A DNA stretch of 64,000 bases, from NCBI GenBank assembly GCA_947456855.1, contig CANGTR010000001.1, positions 13,318 to 77,317 on the forward strand, in the 5' to 3' direction. The notes beneath the pieces are model-generated. The model had not been told where the DNA came from. It ran no database searches and saw only the letters and a program-made list of their open reading frames with translations. The DNA is from Sphingobacteriia bacterium (lineage in GTDB: Bacteria > Bacteroidota > Bacteroidia > Chitinophagales > Chitinophagaceae). The position numbers and the translations under genes are program-made. Shown one piece after another: positions 58,246 through 64,000 of the stretch. Position 1 is the first letter of the stretch, and each line of letters starts with the position of its first letter.

Positions 58246-58656
58246 TTATACTCTTCTTTGTTTAGGAGGACGACAACCGTTGTGAGGCATAGGAGTTACA
58301 TCTTTGATAGAAGTAACTTCAACACCAGACTGAGCGATTGAACGAATTGCACCTTCACGGCCAGATCCAGGTCCTTTTACAAATACATCAACACGCTTCA
58401 AACCAGCATCTGCAGCAACTTTTGCAGCATCTGCAGCAGCCATTTGGGCAGCATATGGAGTATTTTTCTTAGAACCTTTAAAACCCATTTTACCAGCACT
58501 GCTCCAGCTAATTACTTGGCCAGCTTTGTTGGTAAAACTGATGATGATGTTGTTGAATGTTGCAGAAATACGCACTTCACCAGCGGCATCTACTTTTACA
58601 ACTCTTTTCTTGGCAGCAGCTTTTGCACTGTTCTGCGCTTTTTGTGGTTTAGCCAT
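58246..58656 (-). CDS. rpsK: 30S ribosomal protein S11
   Basis: [38 protein letters not shown]. Confidence 0.98.
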   Translation of the reverse strand: MAKPQKAQNSAKAAAKKRVVKVDAAGEVRISATFNNIIISFTNKAGQVISWSSAGKMGFKGSKKNTPYAAQMAAADAAKVAADAGLKRVDVFVKGPGSGREGAIRSIAQSGVEVTSIKDVTPMPHNGCRPPKQRRV

Positions 58657-58818
58657 TTTACTTTTTTAGGTAGTCTTCCCTTTTTATCGGGATGGTTAAT
58701 TAATAATCCTGAAAAACTCAGGAACCCAGATTTCTCCTTCCAACATATGCAGGATATCCAAAACCAAGGATTTTATAGCAAAAAGTCATGAGCCTTTTCA
58801 GGCCATGACTTTAACTAA

Positions 58819-59199
58819 TTATTTCTTAGCAACTTTTTTCTTACCAGCAACTGTTTTACGCTTACCTTTTCTGGTACGGCTATTGGTTTTAGTTCTTTGT
58901 CCACGTACAGGCAATCCTTTACGGTGACGAAGTCCTCTGTAACAAGCAATATCCAATAAACGCTTAATGCTCATAGATACTTCACTACGTAAAGCACCTT
59001 CCACCTTAAATTCATTGTTAATTACATTACGAATAGCAGTTTGTTCATCATCATTCCACTGATTCACTTTCTTATCATAGCTGATACCAGCTTTATCTAA
59101 GATATACTGAGCTGTAGAACGACCAATACCAAAAATGTAGGTCAACCCAATTTCGCCTCTTTTGTTTTTTGGTAAATCTATACCGGCAATACGAGCCAT
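58819..59199 (-). CDS. rpsM: 30S ribosomal protein S13
   Basis: [30 protein letters not shown]. Confidence 0.98.
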   Translation of the reverse strand: MARIAGIDLPKNKRGEIGLTYIFGIGRSTAQYILDKAGISYDKKVNQWNDDEQTAIRNVINNEFKVEGALRSEVSMSIKRLLDIACYRGLRHRKGLPVRGQRTKTNSRTRKGKRKTVAGKKKVAKK

Positions 59200-59233
59200 A
59201 TTTATTGTTTTATACTTTTAGATGATGATTCAA

Positions 59234-59350
59234 TTATCCTTGACGTTGCTTAAAGCGAGGATTCTTTTTGTTGATTACAAATAATTTTCCTTTACGCTTC
59301 ACGATCTTACAATCGGCACTACGTTTTTTAATGGAAGCTCTTACTTTCAT
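59234..59350 (-). CDS. rpmJ: 50S ribosomal protein L36, zinc-free type (38 aa, not in ORF track)
   Basis: Manual translation [38 protein letters not shown]; canonical position between infA and rpsM. Confidence 0.97.
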   Translation of the reverse strand: MKVRASIKKRSADCKIVKRKGKLFVINKKNPRFKQRQG

Positions 59351-59397
59351 TGTTTGGTTATTTAACTGTTATATTCTATTACTAATTACCGAATCTC

Positions 59398-59502
59398 TTA
59401 TCTCTTCTCTCTTCTCTTTTCTCTTTTATCTTTTATCTCTTATCTTTTATCTCTTATCTTTTATCTCTTATCTTTTATCTCTTATCTTTTATCTCTTCTC
59501 TC
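59398..59502 (+). repeat. Heptamer tract, 15 units (TTATCTC/TTATCTT alternating)
   Basis: Between infA and rpmJ, 9 nt from the infA stop. Confidence 0.93.
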
Positions 59503-59511
59503 TTCCTACTT

Positions 59512-59730
59512 CTATTTATACCTAAATATGATTCTTCCCCTACTCAAATCATATGGGCTCATTTCAACTCCCACTTTATCACCTGGCAATATTCGGATAT
59601 AGTGCATCCTCATTTTACCTGAAATAGTAGCCAATATTTCATGACCATTTTCTAACTTCACTCTGAACATAGCATTGCTTAATGCTTCCAGAATTACTCC
59701 ATCTTGTTTAATCAGTGGTTGTTTCGACAT
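59512..59730 (-). CDS. infA: Translation initiation factor IF-1
   Basis: [40 protein letters not shown]. Confidence 0.98.
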   Translation of the reverse strand: MSKQPLIKQDGVILEALSNAMFRVKLENGHEILATISGKMRMHYIRILPGDKVGVEMSPYDLSRGRIIFRYK

Positions 59731-59746
59731 ACTATTTTTGGGGCTG

Positions 59747-59754
59747 CAAAGATA
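59747..59754 (-). promoter_or_regulatory. -7 box TATCTTTG (followed by CAGCCC) heading the infA operon
   Basis: Exact TAnnTTTG 16 nt before the infA start. Confidence 0.75.
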
Positions 59755-59964
59755 TTAGAATACAACCGAAATATGAAAAATTAGTGGAAAAAACTCCTTA
59801 AAATGTGGAAAAAAAGTTGGATTTAGTCTAAAAAAGCGTCGTTTGATCGCAAAGATTGCAACAAATCAATCAAACATATTGATTATTTAGCATATGATTG
59901 ATTGAAAAATTGATCTTTTAAGCAAATAATTAGAGACCGATATAGATGACGCTTAACCAAATAC

Positions 59965-60369
59965 TCACATCGGATCTTTGGTAAGATACACTTTAGTCAT
60001 ATCATGGTATTGATTTTGCAATTGGTGCACAAAATGAACTTTGGGATGATGGCGTTTATCTTCGCGATACCACATTTCAATAGATGAAAAATCTCCTGCT
60101 TTGGGAGAAACTATTCTAAACGGGCCTTTTGAATATTTTACAGAACCATCATCATTGGGCTGTTTGGTGAATTGTAGATTCAACAAGGCTTCCTCATTTA
60201 GTGCAATAGCATGTAAATGATCAGTAGAAAACCAAAATTCCTGCACTTCTGTTTGCAAACAAACCTGCTGTTCATCTCCATTTAATCGGGTTACTTCCCC
60301 CTCCCATTTTTTTCCTTCAAACTCGCCAAATAGGTAGTCTCCAATTTGGATGTCGCTATATTTTACCAT
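59965..60369 (-). CDS. Hypothetical protein (SH3-like N-terminus, VHQLQN C-terminal motif)
   Basis: 134-aa ORF filling the space between hmgA and infA; no catalytic motif recognised. Confidence 0.7.
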   Translation of the reverse strand: MVKYSDIQIGDYLFGEFEGKKWEGEVTRLNGDEQQVCLQTEVQEFWFSTDHLHAIALNEEALLNLQFTKQPNDDGSVKYSKGPFRIVSPKAGDFSSIEMWYREDKRHHPKVHFVHQLQNQYHDMTKVYLTKDPM

Positions 60370-60471
60370 AAAATAAGTGTTGAGCGTTAATAAATAGTTT
60401 GAAGGGATAAGTTAATCATTTTTATTGAAAACTCAATAACCCCAACTAGAATTATGAATAACCATCAACTC

Positions 60472-60527
60472 ATATCTCTTATCTTATATCTCTTATCTCT
60501 TATCTCTTATCTCTTATCTCTTAATTC
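60472..60527 (+). repeat. Heptamer tract, 8 units (ATATCTC/TTATCTC/TTAATTC)
   Basis: 5 nt from the hmgA stop. Confidence 0.9.
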
Positions 60528-60532
60528 ATCTT

Positions 60533-61690
60533 TCACTCAGCCCAACTCATCGTATATCCTTGATTCTCGATAGCCAGCGCCTCTTCGGTTAATTGCAAAG
60601 GATGAAAAGTATCTACCATCACTGCCAATTCCAAAGTTTCTTTTTTACCAATGCTTTTTTCTACAGCTCCTGGATGAGGTCCATGCGGTATGCCAGCCGG
60701 GTGCAAGGTTATCATCCCTCGGGTAACATTTTTTCTACTCATAAAATCTCCAGCAACATAATACAATACTTCATCACTATCTATATTGCTATGGTTATAA
60801 GGAGCAGGAATTGCATTGGGATGGTAATCATACAATCGAGGACAAAAACTACATACCACAAAATTATGCGCATCGAAGGTTTGATGTACCGGAGGCGGTT
60901 GATGCACCCTACCTGTTATTGGTTCAAAATCATGAATACTAAATACATAGGGATAACAATATCCATCCCATCCTACTACATCAAATGGATGAGTTCCATA
61001 ATGTAATCCATATAAAACTCCTTTCTTTTTTGTTTGAATTAAAAAATCACCCTTCTCATCAAAAGTTTGCAGGTTTTGTGGCCCACGAATATCTCTTTCG
61101 CAAAATGGGGCATGCTCTAACAATTGGCCATTTTTACTAGTATACCTTTTAGGATATCGAATCGGGCTAAAACTTTCTACTATAAACAATCTATTTAAAG
61201 GAGTATCAAAATGTATTTGGTAAATAGTACCTCTAGGAATAATTACATAATCGCCATAGCCAAAAACCAGTTCGCCATATTGAGTTAATAATTTGCCGCT
61301 TCCTTCGTGAATAAAAATAAGCTCATCGGCATCAGCATTTTTGTAGAAATAATTGGTAGTACTTTGTTGTGGAGCCGCTAAAACAATATGACAATCATTA
61401 TTTACTAAAACAGGCTTTCGACTTTTTAAATAATCTGCTTCTGGCGCAATTTGAAAACCCTCGAAACTTCTATGTTTGAGCATTTTCTCTTCTGCCACTT
61501 TTGGCATCACAGAAATAGGTTCATCGGTATGTATTATTTGTGTAGGTGGATGGTTGTGGTACAATAAAGAATAATCATTGCTAAACCCTTCTGTTGAAAA
61601 AAGTTGTTCCGAATACAAAGAACCATCGGGCTTTCTAAACTGCGTATGTCGTTTGTGCGGAATATTACCTAAAGAATAATAATGGGGCAT
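60533..61690 (-). CDS. hmgA: Homogentisate 1,2-dioxygenase
   Basis: NADADELIFIHEG, HPFDVVGWDG, YNHSNIDSDE, TLHPAGIPHGPHPG. Confidence 0.93.
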   Translation of the reverse strand: MPHYYSLGNIPHKRHTQFRKPDGSLYSEQLFSTEGFSNDYSLLYHNHPPTQIIHTDEPISVMPKVAEEKMLKHRSFEGFQIAPEADYLKSRKPVLVNNDCHIVLAAPQQSTTNYFYKNADADELIFIHEGSGKLLTQYGELVFGYGDYVIIPRGTIYQIHFDTPLNRLFIVESFSPIRYPKRYTSKNGQLLEHAPFCERDIRGPQNLQTFDEKGDFLIQTKKKGVLYGLHYGTHPFDVVGWDGYCYPYVFSIHDFEPITGRVHQPPPVHQTFDAHNFVVCSFCPRLYDYHPNAIPAPYNHSNIDSDEVLYYVAGDFMSRKNVTRGMITLHPAGIPHGPHPGAVEKSIGKKETLELAVMVDTFHPLQLTEEALAIENQGYTMSWAE

Positions 61691-61697
61691 GTGGGAG

Positions 61698-61739
61698 AAT
61701 TAAGAATTATGAGATATGAATTATGAGATATGAATTATT
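61698..61739 (+). repeat. Heptamer tract, 6 units (GAATTAT/GAGATAT)
   Basis: 7 nt upstream of the hmgA start codon. Confidence 0.85.
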
Positions 61740-61852
61740 GGGTTATTGGTTTTAATAGATCGTAAAGTAAAAATAGCCTGTTTATAATTTAAAATTAATG
61801 AAGTTGGAGTCATTTAAGAAATAATGTATCTTTTGCAATTAAAACCGTTTAT

Positions 61853-62986
61853 ATGGCGAAATCAGTAAACCGCAGGGATTGGTTAAAATACAGTTCTTTG
61901 GCCACTCTTGGATTGGGATTTAGATTACCAGTAATGGGCAATGAAGAAGGTATTCTTAAAAGCTATGGGGCAGAAAAAGGATTGATTAATTTGAGTTCTA
62001 ATGAAAATCCATATGGAATTTCTCCAAAAGCAAAAGAAGCCGTAATGCAATTAATTGGGGAAGCGCATAGATATCAATACAATATTGCATCGCTTCAATC
62101 TTTTAAAAAACAATTGGCAACAAAATATGGGGTTGAAGAAAACCAAGTTTTATTAACTCCTGGTTCTGGAGAAGCTTTAGGATTATTGCCAAGGGTTTAT
62201 AATAAGGGAAATTTAGTAACAGCTTATCCCACTTTTGGCATTTTGCCATCAGCAGCAAAAAAGATTGGCACCAAAGTGATAGAAGTGCCACTTAACGCTT
62301 CAAAGGCACACGACTTAAATGCAATGCTTAAAGCGGTAAGCACCGAAACTTCATTGGTATATATATGCAATCCCGCTAATCCTTCAAGCACAATTGTATC
62401 TCCTGCTGCATTAAAAAATTTCTGCATAGAAGCATCAAAGAATGCTGTAGTGGCTGTAGATGAAGCATATATAGATTATTTAGACACCCCCGATAACGAA
62501 TCAATGATAGGATTGATCGAAAAAAATCCAAACGTTATGGTCATTGGCACTTTCTCAAAAATTCACGCAATGGCTGGCTTGAGAATTGGATTTATAATTG
62601 CAAGTGCTGCGCATATTAAAACCATGAGTGATAATTATTTTGTTAGAACACAGTTTGCCATGAGTGTATTGTCGATGACCGCTGCCCAAGCAAGTTTAAA
62701 CGATTCAGAGCACCATAAAATCAGCAAACAAAAAAATGAAATAGCCAGAAAATACGGGTATGACGAACTGAGAAAGCTGAACATAGAATGTATCCCATCT
62801 TATACCAACTTTCTATTTTTCCCTTTGGGAAATTATCCAGGCAATTTTTCAGAAAACATGTTGAAGCAAAATATTTTCTTAAGATCAGATACCTACAACG
62901 GAGAAAAATGGGCACGAGCTAGTGTAGGCACTTTAGATGAAATGAAACAATTTATTGCCGTTATGAAAAGAGAATGGAAATCGTAA
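61853..62986 (+). CDS. HisC-like class I/II PLP aminotransferase with twin-arginine signal
   Basis: NRRDWLK Tat-like motif; LSSNENPYG, YICNPANP, VDEAY, TFSKIHAMAGLRIG. Confidence 0.85.
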   Translation: MAKSVNRRDWLKYSSLATLGLGFRLPVMGNEEGILKSYGAEKGLINLSSNENPYGISPKAKEAVMQLIGEAHRYQYNIASLQSFKKQLATKYGVEENQVLLTPGSGEALGLLPRVYNKGNLVTAYPTFGILPSAAKKIGTKVIEVPLNASKAHDLNAMLKAVSTETSLVYICNPANPSSTIVSPAALKNFCIEASKNAVVAVDEAYIDYLDTPDNESMIGLIEKNPNVMVIGTFSKIHAMAGLRIGFIIASAAHIKTMSDNYFVRTQFAMSVLSMTAAQASLNDSEHHKISKQKNEIARKYGYDELRKLNIECIPSYTNFLFFPLGNYPGNFSENMLKQNIFLRSDTYNGEKWARASVGTLDEMKQFIAVMKREWKS

Positions 62987-63005
62987 AATAGCCCCGCGAA
63001 TTTAT

Positions 63006-63046
63006 AATGCCCCAAAAAAGTTAGACACTTGATTGGGGCATTTTTA
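63006..63046 (+). terminator. Repeated hairpin AATGCCCCAAAAAAGTTAGACACTTGATTGGGGCATT plus T-run (copy 2)
   Basis: 10-bp outer stem, AAGT/ACTT inner stem; 19 nt after the aminotransferase stop. Confidence 0.75.
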
Positions 63047-63076
63047 TTTTGAGTTTCTTACATTTAAATAGGCAAC

Positions 63077-63547
63077 TTACATTCCAGGAAAATAAGGCCT
63101 CCCAACTATTTCTCTGAACTGCCAAGGCACTCCTGCTAATATTAGTAATAAAGCAACCAGGAAGTACATGAATGCTTTTTTGTATTTAATCTCATCAGTT
63201 ACTTGCTTTTTTGACATACCATAACCAAGGGTAATAAATACAATTGCCAAAATCATGGTTGTAGGATGCTCCAGCCAATAAAAACGGTAGAATTTATCTT
63301 TCATCATCGACATTCCTTCTGGCAAGGTAGTTACAAAAAACCCATATCGTCCAAACATTACTTGGTACAACCCTAACAACAAAGTTGTATGAGCAGCTAT
63401 CATGGTAAACAACCAGGTCTTTTTATCTCCAGCTTTAAACGCTTTCTTTCCTGTCCAACCAGCATAAGCTTGTAAAACAGATAGCACCAGCAATATCAAA
63501 ATAATCCAGCGCAATAAATTATGTAAGTGCATTAATCCTGTTTGCAT
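63077..63547 (-). CDS. Four-TM membrane protein with several His residues (possible heme b binder)
   Basis: HLHN, AAHT and LEHP in or near TM helices; ATG 63547 preferred since track start 63565 lies in a TAGATTTG -7 box (63563-63570). Confidence 0.7.
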   Translation of the reverse strand: MQTGLMHLHNLLRWIILILLVLSVLQAYAGWTGKKAFKAGDKKTWLFTMIAAHTTLLLGLYQVMFGRYGFFVTTLPEGMSMMKDKFYRFYWLEHPTTMILAIVFITLGYGMSKKQVTDEIKYKKAFMYFLVALLLILAGVPWQFREIVGRPYFPGM

Positions 63548-63619
63548 AATCAAAATTTTAAACAAATCTAACTTAATAATTGAATAAGTCTACAATCAAT
63601 GTATTTCATCTTCAATCTC

Positions 63620-63693
63620 TTAATTCATATCTCTTCTCTCATATCTCTTATCTCATATCTCTTATCTCTTATCTCTTATCTCTTATCTCTTAA
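63620..63693 (+). repeat. Heptamer tract, 10-11 units (TTATCTC/ATATCTC)
   Basis: Runs into the stop codon of the PD40 gene. Confidence 0.92.
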
Positions 63694-64000
63694 TTAGTCT
63701 ATCCAATCTGCAACAAACAAATTCGTATCCCTAGTGCCCCCATTATTTCTATTAGAGGCAAAGATAATTTTTTTACCATCGGGGCTAATCATTGGAAACG
63801 CATCAAATCCTTTATCCCTACTAATTTTTTCCATGTTTTTACCATCTAGGTCTACCATATACATATTAAAGGGGAATCCTCTTTTGTACTCGTGGTTACT
63901 ACAAATAATGATTTTCTTACTATCATGTGTGAAATTGGGCGCCCAATTGGCCTGCCCCCAATTGGTAATTTGTTTTGCATCAGATCCGTCTGCATTAGCA
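63694..64000 (-). CDS. TolB-like PD40-repeat protein, C-terminal part (5' end outside window; not in ORF track)
   Basis: Manual translation ...NWAPNFTHDSKKII...FDAFPMISPDGKKIIFASNRNNGGTRDTNLFVADWID*. Confidence 0.88.
   Translation of the reverse strand, partial: ANADGSDAKQITNWGQANWAPNFTHDSKKIIICSNHEYKRGFPFNMYMVDLDGKNMEKISRDKGFDAFPMISPDGKKIIFASNRNNGGTRDTNLFVADWID

Noticed and set aside
59268-59525. 85-aa plus-strand ORF with LLSLIFY repeats
   Set aside because: Translation artefact of the heptamer array; antisense to rpmJ and infA.
59783-59812. DnaA-box-like TGTGGAAAA/AGTGGAAAA upstream of infA, possible oriC
   Set aside because: Only mismatched boxes, no dense cluster and no dnaA/gidA-type context.
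1827-62915. Numerous 60-115 aa ORFs in the track overlapping long genes (e.g. 18301, 41636, 58444, 60593)
   Set aside because: Shadow frames fully or largely inside well-supported genes, with no recognisable motifs.
61853-62986. Calling the aminotransferase hisC
   Set aside because: Tat-like N-terminus and no neighbouring his genes.
1-64000. tRNA, rRNA, riboswitch or intact IS
   Set aside because: None recognised by eye; intergenic spaces are short and no transposase ORF is present. A covariance-model scan was not possible.

Overview
AT-rich chromosomal segment of a Bacteroidota bacterium, most consistent with Chitinophagaceae (Sediminibacterium-like), judged from gene content and TAnnTT(T/C)G -7 promoter boxes. 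It is mostly core genome: parE/parC, xerD, mpl, purB, carA, aroQ, mqnA, hmgA, tamB and the infA-rpmJ-rpsM-rpsK-rpsD-rpoA-rplQ block. Accessory parts are a five-gene light/UV-repair cluster, a TauE plus TsdA-like cytochrome pair and a small glycan-modification cluster. I saw no tRNA, rRNA, CRISPR array, prophage or intact IS. Best leads: (1) nine intergenic 7-bp tandem tracts with a strict polarity, purine-rich in the mRNA after stop codons and pyrimidine-rich before start codons; (2) a photolyase with inverted domain order beside a (6-4)-type photolyase lacking all four FeS cysteines; (3) a TsdA-like diheme cytochrome split by one in-frame TAA; (4) an unannotated 39-aa lipoprotein; (5) REP-like and IS-end-like hairpins and candidate r-protein leaders; (6) a sulfonolipid cysteate acyltransferase and a Tat-exported PLP aminotransferase. 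No databases or tools were run; family calls come from recognised motifs.
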